64,000 nucleotides of DNA from an uncultured Stomatobaculum sp. (lineage in GTDB: Bacteria > Bacillota > Clostridia > Lachnospirales > Lachnospiraceae): NCBI GenBank assembly GCA_937990655.1, contig CALKQX010000034.1:184-64183 (forward strand). Reading direction: 5' to 3'. Shown here piece after piece: positions 9,921-18,210 of this stretch. The notes under the pieces are model-generated. The model worked only from the letters and a program-made list of their open reading frames with translations. It was not told the DNA's origin and searched no databases. How positions within the stretch are numbered: position 1 is the stretch's first letter; each line of letters begins with the position of its first letter. The position numbers were made by a program, and so were the translations under genes.

Positions 9921-11727
9921 CGTCGAGTTTCAAAACGCTCATGAACGCCTTCTGCGGCACCTCGACGGAGCCGATCTGGCGCATGCGCTTCTTTCCTTCC
10001 TTTTGTTTCTCGAGAAGTTTCTTCTTTCGCGAGATGTCGCCGCCGTAGCACTTTGCAAGCACGTCCTTGCGCACCGCCTTGACCGTCTCGCGGGCAATGA
10101 TTTTGGAGCCGACCGCAGCCTGAATCGGAATGTCAAAGAGCTGACGCGGAATCTCCTTCGAGAGCTTTTCACACATCTTCCGCCCCCTCTCATAGGCACC
10201 GTCCGAGAAGACGATGAAGGAGAGCGCGTCAATGGTCTCTCGGTTAATGAGAATGTCGAGCTTCACGAGCTTCGAGGGCGTATAGCCCTTCAACTCATAG
10301 TCGAGGGAGGCATAGCCTCTGGAGCGCGACTTTAACGCGTCAAAGAAATCGTAAATAATCTCGTTCAGCGGGAGCTCATACTTCATGATGGCGCGGTCCT
10401 GCTCCATGTAGTCCGTCCCGAGATAGATACCTCTTCTCTCCTGGCAGAGCTGCATGATGGGGCCTATGAACTCTCTGGTTAACATAATCTCCGCAGAAAC
10501 CATGGGCTCTTCCATGTGCTCAATCTCCGCGGAATCCGGAAGATTCGAGGGATTCGTGAGCTCTATCATGCTGCCGTCCGTCTTATAGACGCGGTACACA
10601 ACGCCCGGCGCCGTCGTCACGAGGTCTAAGTCGTACTCCCGCTCCAGTCTCTCCTGGATAATCTCAAGATGCAAAAGTCCCAGGAAACCGCAGCGGAAAC
10701 CAAAGCCAAGCGCAAGCGAAGTCTCCGGCTCATAGGTCAGAGAGGCATCGTTTAACTGCAATTTCTCAAGCGCATCGCGGAGATCCTGATACTGCGCCGC
10801 GTCCGCGGGATAGAGGCCGCAGTAGACCATGGGTGTGACCTTCTTATAGCCCGGGAGCGCCTCCGCCGCCGGGTTCTTCACGTGCGTCACCGTGTCACCG
10901 ACCTGCGTGTCCCGCACATTCTTGATGCTCGCGGTGAGATAACCTACCATGCCGGCCGAGAGCTCTTCGCAGGGAATAAAGCGCCCCGGTGCAAAGTAGC
11001 CGATTTCGACCACATCCACCTCCGCGCCGGTCGCCATCATGCGAACGCGGTCGCCCTTCCGAACCGTGCCGTTCTTCACGCGGAGAAAGACAATGACGCC
11101 CTTATAGCTGTCGTAGAGCGAATCGAATATGAGGGCCTGCAAAGGCTCCGACTCATCGCCGTCCGGCGGCGGGAGCTGCTCTACAATGGCCTCCAACACT
11201 TGGTCCACATTGAGACCCGTCTTCGCGGAAATGCGCGGCGCGGACTCTGCCTCGATGCCGATTACATCTTCGATTTCCAAAGCGACCTTGTCGGGCTCCG
11301 CGCTCGGCAAGTCCACCTTATTGATGACCGGGACTACCTCGAGGTCGTGGTCCAGCGCCATGTATACGTTTGCAAGCGTCTGCGCCTCAATGCCCTGGGA
11401 AGCATCAACCACAAGAATCGCACCGTCGCAGGCTGCGAGCGCACGGGAAACTTCATAATTAAAGTCCACGTGTCCCGGTGTGTCGATCAAGTTAAAAATA
11501 TACTCCTCGCCGTTTGCCGCGCGGTATACCGTGCGCGTTGCCTGGCTCTTGATTGTGATGCCGCGCTCCCGCTCGAGATCCATGGTATCCAGAATCTGGT
11601 TCTGCATCTCCCGCTCGGTGAGCAGACCCGTCTTCTCGATGATGCGGTCCGCGAGCGTGGATTTACCGTGGTCGATGTGCGCGATGATACAAAAGTTTCT
11701 GATATGTTTTCTGTCGTAAGTCGGCAT
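9913..11727 (-). CDS. lepA: Translation elongation factor 4 (LepA)
   Basis: Track ORF 9913..11796. GTPase motifs ([20 protein letters not shown]) and the LepA C-terminal domain. Start moved to [12 protein letters not shown] (ATG 11727) with GGAGG upstream. Confidence 0.95.
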   Translation of the reverse strand: MPTYDRKHIRNFCIIAHIDHGKSTLADRIIEKTGLLTEREMQNQILDTMDLERERGITIKSQATRTVYRAANGEEYIFNLIDTPGHVDFNYEVSRALAACDGAILVVDASQGIEAQTLANVYMALDHDLEVVPVINKVDLPSAEPDKVALEIEDVIGIEAESAPRISAKTGLNVDQVLEAIVEQLPPPDGDESEPLQALIFDSLYDSYKGVIVFLRVKNGTVRKGDRVRMMATGAEVDVVEIGYFAPGRFIPCEELSAGMVGYLTASIKNVRDTQVGDTVTHVKNPAAEALPGYKKVTPMVYCGLYPADAAQYQDLRDALEKLQLNDASLTYEPETSLALGFGFRCGFLGLLHLEIIQERLEREYDLDLVTTAPGVVYRVYKTDGSMIELTNPSNLPDSAEIEHMEEPMVSAEIMLTREFIGPIMQLCQERRGIYLGTDYMEQDRAIMKYELPLNEIIYDFFDALKSRSRGYASLDYELKGYTPSKLVKLDILINRETIDALSFIVFSDGAYERGRKMCEKLSKEIPRQLFDIPIQAAVGSKIIARETVKAVRKDVLAKCYGGDISRKKKLLEKQKEGKKRMRQIGSVEVPQKAFMSVLKLDDE

Positions 11728-11822
11728 GCTTCCTCCATCAAAACCTTCGGCAGACTGCGCCTTCGCTGCCGCAATGATTTGAAAAAAGAATAACATTTTT
11801 ACTATTCTCTTTCAAGTGAGCC

Positions 11823-11851
11823 TTGACACTCCCGCGCCTTTGCCCTACAAT
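11823..11851 (+). promoter_or_regulatory. Sigma-70-type promoter for rpsT
   Basis: TTGACA (11823-11828), 17-nt spacer, TACAAT (11846-11851). This gives a ~150-nt leader before rpsT. Confidence 0.5.
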
Positions 11852-12000
11852 TTGAGGGTATGTTTACATTGAACTGTCCGTGTCCAGACTTCGATGCGAA
11901 CGCCCACAGAGAGCAAGACATTTGCGCGGCTGCCCGTCCCTGACGGTTGTCTTGATGACTGTGAAACTATCATCGTATCCGTGAATGGGAGGAAAAGAAA

Positions 12001-12264
12001 TTGGCAAACATCAAATCCGCGAAGAAGAGAATTTTGACGTCCGCAAAGAGAGCTGAGAGAAACAAGGCTGTTAAGTCCGCTGTCAAGACCGCTGTCAAGA
12101 AGGTCAACGCTGCAGTCGAAGCAGGCGATAAGGCTGCGGCAGAGGAGAGCTTCCGCAAGGCAGAGCGCGCGCTCACCATGGCGGCTTCCAAGGGCGTTCT
12201 GCACAAGAACACTTCTTCCCGCAAGGTGTCTCGCCTCTCGAAGTCTGTCGCAGCAATCGGCTGA
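12001..12264 (+). CDS. rpsT: 30S ribosomal protein S20
   Basis: MANIKSAKKRILTSAKRAERNKAVKS... with a TTG start and GGGAGG upstream. Confidence 0.95.
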   Translation: MANIKSAKKRILTSAKRAERNKAVKSAVKTAVKKVNAAVEAGDKAAAEESFRKAERALTMAASKGVLHKNTSSRKVSRLSKSVAAIG

Positions 12265-12289
12265 TTGCTGCCATAGAACAAAGGCAAAA

Positions 12290-12318
12290 GCAGAGCGAAA
12301 TTCCGCTCTGCTTTTTTC
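12290..12318. terminator. Bidirectional hairpin terminator between rpsT and yoeB
   Basis: GCAGAGCG-aaattc-CGCTCTGC followed by TTTTTT. Confidence 0.7.
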
Positions 12319-12327
12319 TTGCCGTTT

Positions 12328-12591
12328 TTACTTATCTCTGTAGTGAGAACCGCACTGGACAATCCGAATCACATCTCCGTCAATCCGATACACAATCCGA
12401 TTACAATCATCGATTCTCCGGCTCCAATAAGACGACAAATCGCCTCTCAAGGGTTCCGGCTTTCCGATGCCGTCATATCCGTTCCGCTCAATATCCCTGA
12501 GTAGTTGCAAAATTCTTTTAAGTGTCTTTTTATCCTGCTTTGTCCAATACTCAAAATCTTCCCACGCATCTTCTGTCCACGCTTTAATCAT
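12328..12591 (-). CDS. yoeB: YoeB/Txe-family type II toxin (mRNA interferase)
   Basis: 87-aa ORF: AWEDFEYWTKQDKKTLKRI..LL.DI.RNGYDGIGKPEPL...LSSYWSRRID..NRIVY. 8-nt overlap with the upstream antitoxin gene. Confidence 0.9.
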   Translation of the reverse strand: MIKAWTEDAWEDFEYWTKQDKKTLKRILQLLRDIERNGYDGIGKPEPLRGDLSSYWSRRIDDCNRIVYRIDGDVIRIVQCGSHYRDK

Positions 12592-12847
12592 TGAGCTTCA
12601 CTTCGTGGACAATACCGCCCGTTGCCTCCATTTCTGCAATGGATTTTCTCAGTCTTGCCAGATTGGCCGCACTGTAAAAGGGATCTTTTTCTGCGGATAT
12701 CTCAAAGGGAATTCTCTGCTCTCTGACAGCAGTTTTTGCAAACACGCAAAATGCCGTCGACATGCTCATACCGATATCGGAGCAGAACGCGTCAAACTGC
12801 TTCTTTAAATCCTCATCCATGCGGATATTGATACTTGTTTGCGCCAT
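12584..12847 (-). CDS. RelB/DinJ-family type II antitoxin (RHH)
   Basis: SINIRMDEDLKKQFDAFCSDIGMSMSTAFCVFAKTAVREQRIPFEIS is the DinJ-type RHH domain. The C-terminal tail is presumably toxin-binding. Confidence 0.85.
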   Translation of the reverse strand: MAQTSINIRMDEDLKKQFDAFCSDIGMSMSTAFCVFAKTAVREQRIPFEISAEKDPFYSAANLARLRKSIAEMEATGGIVHEVKLND

Positions 12848-12957
12848 ATTGCACCTCCTTTTACATGCATTGTATCTACATTTGACGCGAATAGCAATAC
12901 AAAAAGAGCAGCGCGAAATTTTCCTTTCCGTGCTGCTCTTTTTGTGTTCCGAGAATT

Positions 12958-13695
12958 TTATCGCGCTTGCGCCTCAACGTCAGCTTTTGTGAATATGAAA
13001 GTTGCCTTTTTGTTCCCCCAAAAACTCGGTGAATATCTGATCTCAAACGAATTAAAGTCCTTGGGCACCTGATAACAGATGACACCACTCATCTTCTTTC
13101 CGGCTGCCACACTTCCGTCCAGCTGACCAACTCCCTTCCATTCCGGAACCTGAGCCGCCATAATATCCTGGTTCAAAGAATAATCATCACAATAAGCCTC
13201 AAATGAGATGAGGGAACTCACGCCGATATCATGTGAGGACTGATTCTCAATATCAAAAACCAGTCCGAGGAAGTACTTCCCATCTTCGGGATTCCAGAAT
13301 TGCCCGTCTCCATTGGAAATCCGCACAGAAGAAAGACGTACCTGTACACCATTAAAATCAGCGGTATCTCCGATTCCAAAGCTATCCTTGGCAGCTTCCG
13401 TTGCCTTTTCTGTCGCCTTCTCTGTTTCTTCTGTTGTCTCCGCGTTATCCGTCGCTACAGTTGTTTCCGACACCTCTGCTGCCGTTGACTCCGATGCCGC
13501 AACTTCTGCCTTTTTAGGATCCCGATCGCTGCCTCCGCCAATAATTGCTGCGAGTACAAAAAAGCCGACAACGCCGAGAACAATCCACTTTACCTTTCCG
13601 CCCTGCGGCTTCCTGCAATGCGGGCATATCTTTGCATCCGCTGCGATTTCTGATTTGCAATATTTACAAATCTTTGTCTTATTCCTGTCTCTCAT
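12958..13695 (-). CDS. Zinc-ribbon / single-TM / DUF4352-like extracellular domain protein
   Basis: N-terminal CKYCKSEIAADAKICPHC zinc ribbon, then a TM helix, an acidic Thr/Glu-rich linker and a C-terminal Ig-like DUF4352-type region (by recollection). Confidence 0.65.
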   Translation of the reverse strand: MRDRNKTKICKYCKSEIAADAKICPHCRKPQGGKVKWIVLGVVGFFVLAAIIGGGSDRDPKKAEVAASESTAAEVSETTVATDNAETTEETEKATEKATEAAKDSFGIGDTADFNGVQVRLSSVRISNGDGQFWNPEDGKYFLGLVFDIENQSSHDIGVSSLISFEAYCDDYSLNQDIMAAQVPEWKGVGQLDGSVAAGKKMSGVICYQVPKDFNSFEIRYSPSFWGNKKATFIFTKADVEAQAR

Positions 13696-13747
13696 CTCAA
13701 ATCCCCCATAATTCCGTTGAATTTAAATCCATATTTCTAAGAATACG

Positions 13748-13765
13748 TTTTTTTTTTTTTTTTTT
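13748..13765. repeat. Poly(T)18 / poly(A)18 homopolymer tract
   Basis: 18 consecutive T on the plus strand, confirmed by the FFFFF run in track ORF 13545..13850. It lies 53 nt upstream of the start of the 12958..13695 gene. Confidence 0.9.
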
Positions 13766-13852
13766 GTCAAGCTTATGTTCATGCATTTTATACAGCAGGG
13801 ATTTGAGCACTCTTTGTCCGGCAATCATATCCGTTATGCTTGATTCATAAAA

Positions 13853-13884
13853 AGAGCTTTCCGGTACTCATACCGGGAAGCTCT
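13853..13884 (-). terminator. Hairpin terminator after nagB
   Basis: AGAGCTTTCCGGTA-ctca-TACCGGGAAGCTCT with flanking A/T runs. Confidence 0.6.
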
Positions 13885-13900
13885 CTGATTTTTCTTTGAT

Positions 13901-14731
13901 TTAGTTTCCGCTTGCCACGCGCTCGCTCATGTACATCTTGGCATCCGGATGGCGCTGTAAAAGCGTAACCGGGAAGGAGGCGCTGACTTCGCCGTAAGCC
14001 GCACGGCGAATCACCGAGTAGTGCCAGTCGCGGAACATACCGAGGCGCACCTTCTTTGCCGCGAGTATCTGCTTCATGCCTATGGTCACGCAGAGCGAGG
14101 GCATGTCCTCGAGCGCGCCGCGGAGGTCGCCGATCGAGTTCACCGCGCGGGTCTCCGGCGCAATCGTGCGGACACGGGTCGGCAGTGCCGCGAACGCCTC
14201 GGGAGTAAGCTCCGGCTGGGGCTCGTTGAACGCAAGATGGCCGGTGATGCCGATGCCGCCGAAGCAGATATCCGCGCCGCCGAGCTTTTCCAGCAGTTCA
14301 TCGCCCTTCTCCGGGTGATGCGGATCCGGGAAAATACGCTGCTCTTCCGGAATGTTGAGTTCCGGCGCAATCTTGCTGTATACGGTTCTCTCCATGAAGC
14401 CGCGGAAAGAAAGTCTGTCCTCCTTCGGAACCCACTCGCCTTCATCGGTCAGATACTCGTCCATGTTGAAGAACCAGCAGTCCTTTAACGAAACCTTTCT
14501 CTCGTTCACAAGGCGCACAAAAATCGGGTAGTGTCCCACCGGTCCCACCGGGCAGATGAACACGGTGCGGCGTCCCGCCGCGTTGTTCTTCTCAATCTCC
14601 TCTACCATCTCGAGTGCGAGCTCATAGAACGCCTCTCCGGGCTCCTTGCACACAACAATCGGGATTTTTGCGTCCTTTCCGAGTTCCTCTCTGCCGATTT
14701 CATAATACGAATGGTACGAATGTCCTGCCAT
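13901..14731 (-). CDS. nagB: Glucosamine-6-phosphate deaminase/isomerase-family protein
   Basis: NagB/6-phosphogluconolactonase-fold motifs (FICPVGPVG, FNMDEYL, FGGIGITGHLAFNEP) directly downstream of nagA. Confidence 0.8.
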   Translation of the reverse strand: MAGHSYHSYYEIGREELGKDAKIPIVVCKEPGEAFYELALEMVEEIEKNNAAGRRTVFICPVGPVGHYPIFVRLVNERKVSLKDCWFFNMDEYLTDEGEWVPKEDRLSFRGFMERTVYSKIAPELNIPEEQRIFPDPHHPEKGDELLEKLGGADICFGGIGITGHLAFNEPQPELTPEAFAALPTRVRTIAPETRAVNSIGDLRGALEDMPSLCVTIGMKQILAAKKVRLGMFRDWHYSVIRRAAYGEVSASFPVTLLQRHPDAKMYMSERVASGN

Positions 14732-14758
14732 GATGCCTCCTCCTCTGCTTCTCTGTTT

Positions 14759-15916
14759 TCAGTCAAAGTTACAAAACGCGCCGCGAAGCATGACGCGGTG
14801 AATCTCATCATCTTTCAGAACCAAGAGGTTCGCTTGCTTGCCCGGGGTCAGATTGCCGATTCTCTGATCCTCCCCGAGGAGACGCGCCGCATTCTCCGAG
14901 AGCAAGGGAACCAGTTCCGCGGTCGGCCGCCCCGTGAACTTCCTTAAGTTCCGGAAGGCGCGCGCCATGGTGAGTGTACTTCCCGCGCGGGCATCCCCGT
15001 GCTTTAAGCGCGCATCGCCGTCTTTCACCACGACCTCGTTGACGCCGAGCATGTACTCGCCGTCCGGCAGTCCCGCCGCCATGATGGAGTCCGTGATTGC
15101 AATCGCGCGGTCAAGTCCCTTTGCCTGCAAGTAGAGGCAGATGCTGCCCGGGTGTAAGTGCAGTCCGTCCGAAATCATCTCGCAATAGACCTCTTCCGAG
15201 GCGAGCACCGCACCGAAAATAGCCGGCTCGTGGCGGTCAAAGGCGCGCATCGCGTTTCCCGTGTGCGTCGCCGCGCGCGCGCCCGCAAAGATGGCCTGTT
15301 CCGCGGTGCGGTAATCCGCATCCGAGTGCCCGAGCGCTGTGACAATGCCGAGGGCGCGGAGCTTCGGAATCAGCTCAATGGCCCCCGGCAACTCCGGTGC
15401 AAGGGTGATATAGCGAATGTGCCCCTCTGCCTTTTCCTGGTAGCGAGCAATCAAGTCATAGTCCGGCGTGCGGAGCAGGCTCTCCGGCATCGCACCTTTA
15501 TGCTTCGGGGATAAAAACGGACCCTCTAAGTGTATGCCGAGCAAATCCGCGCCCGCGTGCGGCAGCTTTTTCCAGTTGAGAAAAGCCTGAATGGCGCGCT
15601 CCGTCTGCTCTTCCGAGTCGGTCAGAATTGAGCAAAGAAAACTCCCCGTGCCCTGACGCGCAAAAAAGCGTGCCAGTTTTTCAAAGTCCTCGGCGCTCGC
15701 CGCATTGACATCCACGCCGACCGCGCCGTGCGTGTGAATGTCCAAAAAAGCCGGTATGACCGCCGCGCCTCCGAGCTCCAGCACTTCCTCATTCGCAAGC
15801 GGCGTGAGGCCTCCTTGGGTCTGCGGCGAAAATGCCGCGATGGTCTCGCCCGTCACGCGGAGATCCCCCGGCACCAGGCGTTTTTCGTAGTAAAATGATC
15901 CGTTCTTTAAGAGCAT
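14759..15916 (-). CDS. nagA: N-acetylglucosamine-6-phosphate deacetylase
   Basis: Track ORF 14759..15946. Amidohydrolase motifs (FLDIHTHGA, LGIHLEGPF, ALGHSDA). Start moved to MLLKNG (ATG 15916) after GGGAGGGAGG. Confidence 0.9.
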   Translation of the reverse strand: MLLKNGSFYYEKRLVPGDLRVTGETIAAFSPQTQGGLTPLANEEVLELGGAAVIPAFLDIHTHGAVGVDVNAASAEDFEKLARFFARQGTGSFLCSILTDSEEQTERAIQAFLNWKKLPHAGADLLGIHLEGPFLSPKHKGAMPESLLRTPDYDLIARYQEKAEGHIRYITLAPELPGAIELIPKLRALGIVTALGHSDADYRTAEQAIFAGARAATHTGNAMRAFDRHEPAIFGAVLASEEVYCEMISDGLHLHPGSICLYLQAKGLDRAIAITDSIMAAGLPDGEYMLGVNEVVVKDGDARLKHGDARAGSTLTMARAFRNLRKFTGRPTAELVPLLSENAARLLGEDQRIGNLTPGKQANLLVLKDDEIHRVMLRGAFCNFD

Positions 15917-16027
15917 ATCTTCCTCCCTCCCGTCCGAATCGTACATGCACCAGTGTAGTCCATTCCCGGCACTTTCTCAAGCCGAGAACGGAAAAAGACG
16001 CCCAAGAGGCGTCTTTTCGTTTGCTTC

Positions 16028-17464
16028 TCACTGCAAGTGTTTTTTTCGGTACCGAAACAAGTAGACCGTGTTGATGAAAATGCCGAAGGCCGTCGCGAGC
16101 GGCGCCGCGTATCCGATGTGCTGCAGGCTTGCCTCCGGCTGTATGCTCATGAAGAAAGAGAAGGGCAGGCGAACCAAAAAGACCTGCAGCAGTCCCTGTT
16201 CCATGGACCAGAGCGTCGCCTCGTGCCCGTTGTAGTAGCCGATGAAGGCAAATAGCACGGGGGTTAAGAGGACTTCCGGCGCAAAGCCCTTCAGATAAGC
16301 AAAGCTCTTGGCTATGACGGCGCTGTCCGCCGTAAAGACAGCCGAGAGTAGGTCTCCGTGGCGCAACACCAGGAAGAAGACCGCGATTCCCACAAGTTCA
16401 CAGATCCACACCCCGGTCACGGCAGCTCTCTCCGCGCGCTTTTCATCGCCCGCGCCGACATTCATCGAAACAAAGCTTGCGAGCGACTGCATGAGGGCGC
16501 TCGGCACCAGCATGATGAAACCGATCAGCTTGCTCGCCACGCCGTAGCCCGAGGAGGCATCCAGACCGAGCCGGTTTACAAAGGCGCAGATTGCGACAAA
16601 GGAACTCTGGGTGAGCAGTTCCTGTAATGCGAGCGGAAAGCCGATTTTTAGAATGCGCGCACTCTGCTCGTTCAGGCAGAAGTCACTCCGACGAAAACGG
16701 AAGCTGAGCTGCTTTTTCCGAAGCATCGCGAGGGAAAAGAGCACGCTGAGCGCCTGCGCCAATACGGTTGCGAGTGCCGCGCCCGCCACGTTCATCCCGA
16801 GCACCGCGACAAAGAGGAGATCTCCGACTACATTGATCGCGCAGGCTACGCCGACGAAGAGGAGGGGCGAATTGCTGTCACCGAGTCCGCGGTAAATGGC
16901 CGCAATCACATTGTAGGCGACAATGAAGAAAATGCCCGCGCCGCAGATGCGGATATAGTCCGCCGTGAGCTGCTTTGCCTCCGCAGGCGCCTGCATGAGT
17001 GTGGCAAGCGGTTCCGCAAAGAAAACCAACAGCACAAAGAGCGCCGTCGAAATCAGGACGAAGATGACAGTCGCAGCGCCGATCAAGGAACCCAGTTCAC
17101 TGTCCCTTTTCTCACCGAGATAGCGACTGATTAAAACCGTGATACTCATGGCCGAACCGCTCACCATGAAGGTAATGAGATTCAGTATCTGAGAACCGGT
17201 CGACACCCCCGATAGCCCCGCCGTGCTGCCGTAGCGCCCCACGACCAGCAGATCGACCGCGCCGTACATGGCCTGCAGCACCAAGGCACCGAGAACAGGC
17301 AACATGAAGAGGATCAGTTTCTTCGGAATCGATCCTCTCGTAAAATCACTGTTTTCCGCGAGCTTCCCGCTCACCTCTTTTACCGCTTCCTTCTCTTTTT
17401 CTGCCGCTTCCCGCACCCCTGCTTTCATATCTTCTCTGATTTCTTCTCCGCGTCCTTCTCTCAT
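16028..17464 (-). CDS. MATE-family efflux transporter
   Basis: 12-TM protein with an N-terminal IPKKLILFMLPVLGALVLQAMYGAVDLLVVGR motif. ATGA overlap with the marR stop. Confidence 0.9.
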   Translation of the reverse strand: MREGRGEEIREDMKAGVREAAEKEKEAVKEVSGKLAENSDFTRGSIPKKLILFMLPVLGALVLQAMYGAVDLLVVGRYGSTAGLSGVSTGSQILNLITFMVSGSAMSITVLISRYLGEKRDSELGSLIGAATVIFVLISTALFVLLVFFAEPLATLMQAPAEAKQLTADYIRICGAGIFFIVAYNVIAAIYRGLGDSNSPLLFVGVACAINVVGDLLFVAVLGMNVAGAALATVLAQALSVLFSLAMLRKKQLSFRFRRSDFCLNEQSARILKIGFPLALQELLTQSSFVAICAFVNRLGLDASSGYGVASKLIGFIMLVPSALMQSLASFVSMNVGAGDEKRAERAAVTGVWICELVGIAVFFLVLRHGDLLSAVFTADSAVIAKSFAYLKGFAPEVLLTPVLFAFIGYYNGHEATLWSMEQGLLQVFLVRLPFSFFMSIQPEASLQHIGYAAPLATAFGIFINTVYLFRYRKKHLQ

Positions 17465-17943
17465 CTCTTCTCCTCTTCTTCACTCCCGTGTAGCAGCGCA
17501 TAGACCTTTTCAATGCAGGCAATCATGGTCTCCGCATCGCTCGCCTCTATGCCGCCGAGTTTCGCCTTGAGCCCCGCAAAGTAATCGCTGTCGTATTTCT
17601 CATAAAAGCGCTTCCCCGCTTCGCTGAGGCGCACGGCCACATAGCGTCTGTCCTTGCCGTCCGTCTCCTTTTCAAAATAACCGCGCTGGGTCATTACCTT
17701 GACCGCACGCGTGACCCCCGGGCGAGGAAGCTTCAGCGCAGCCGCAATATCGCTCACATAGACCGCTTTCTGCGCAGCCGAGAGCTGTACCACCGCATCC
17801 AAAACGCGCATCTCCGTACTGCTGATGCCCTCCGGCAGCTCCGGCTGCAGTTCCCAGATGCGCTTTGCAAGATACATCGCATCCATCATACGCTTGATTT
17901 TCCGCTCGTTCAGTGCTTTCACAGTGCCCCCTTTTATTACCAT
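17461..17943 (-). CDS. MarR-family transcriptional regulator
   Basis: Winged-HTH region (VSDIAAALKLPRPGVTRAVKVMTQRGYFEKETDGKDRRYV). The real start may be GTG 17922, which has AAAGGGGG upstream. Confidence 0.85.
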   Translation of the reverse strand: MVIKGGTVKALNERKIKRMMDAMYLAKRIWELQPELPEGISSTEMRVLDAVVQLSAAQKAVYVSDIAAALKLPRPGVTRAVKVMTQRGYFEKETDGKDRRYVAVRLSEAGKRFYEKYDSDYFAGLKAKLGGIEASDAETMIACIEKVYALLHGSEEEEKR

Positions 17944-17990
17944 AGGTAATTATCTTCGGTTATTATATTCCCGCGGCTTTCGGCTGTCAA
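17936..17990 (-). promoter_or_regulatory. marR-MATE promoter plus a palindromic candidate operator
   Basis: On the minus strand: TTGACA (17985-17990), 17 nt, TATAAT (17962-17967). A perfect 6-3-6 palindrome ATTACC-ATA-GGTAAT lies at 17936-17950. Confidence 0.45.
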
Positions 17991-18157
17991 GCGATATATA
18001 CCCCCGGTACCGGAATGCCAAACAAAATGTTGGCATCCACAAAACCTCCGAAAAAACAAGGCCGTTCTTCCGAAAAGAACAGGGTAGCACGCCGGAAACA
18101 AAGCTCACACCACAGCTGCATTTCTCAAATGACAGGCTTCGGACAAAATCTGCGAAC

Positions 18158-18192
18158 AAAAAAACCGCAGCGAAAGTTACCTTTCGCCGCGG
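18158..18192 (-). terminator. Rho-independent terminator after the ABC exporter pair
   Basis: CCGCAGCGAAAG-ttac-CTTTCGCCGCGG hairpin with a T7 run on the minus strand. Confidence 0.7.
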
Positions 18193-18210
18193 CGCTTTTC
18201 GTATTCGAAT

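Noticed and set aside
10882-11793. 303-aa plus-strand ORF antisense to lepA. Similar long shadow ORFs are 22366..23124, 22616..22996 and 23584..23977 (antisense to copA), 18595..19164 and 19932..20501 (antisense to the ABC genes), 5308..5934, 6947..7513, 17825..18568, 32160..32756 and 33500..34018.
   Set aside because: They lie opposite strongly supported conserved genes in high-G+C DNA, where stop codons are rare on the antisense strand. They have Arg/Ala/Pro/His-rich compositions, no RBS and no recognisable motifs.
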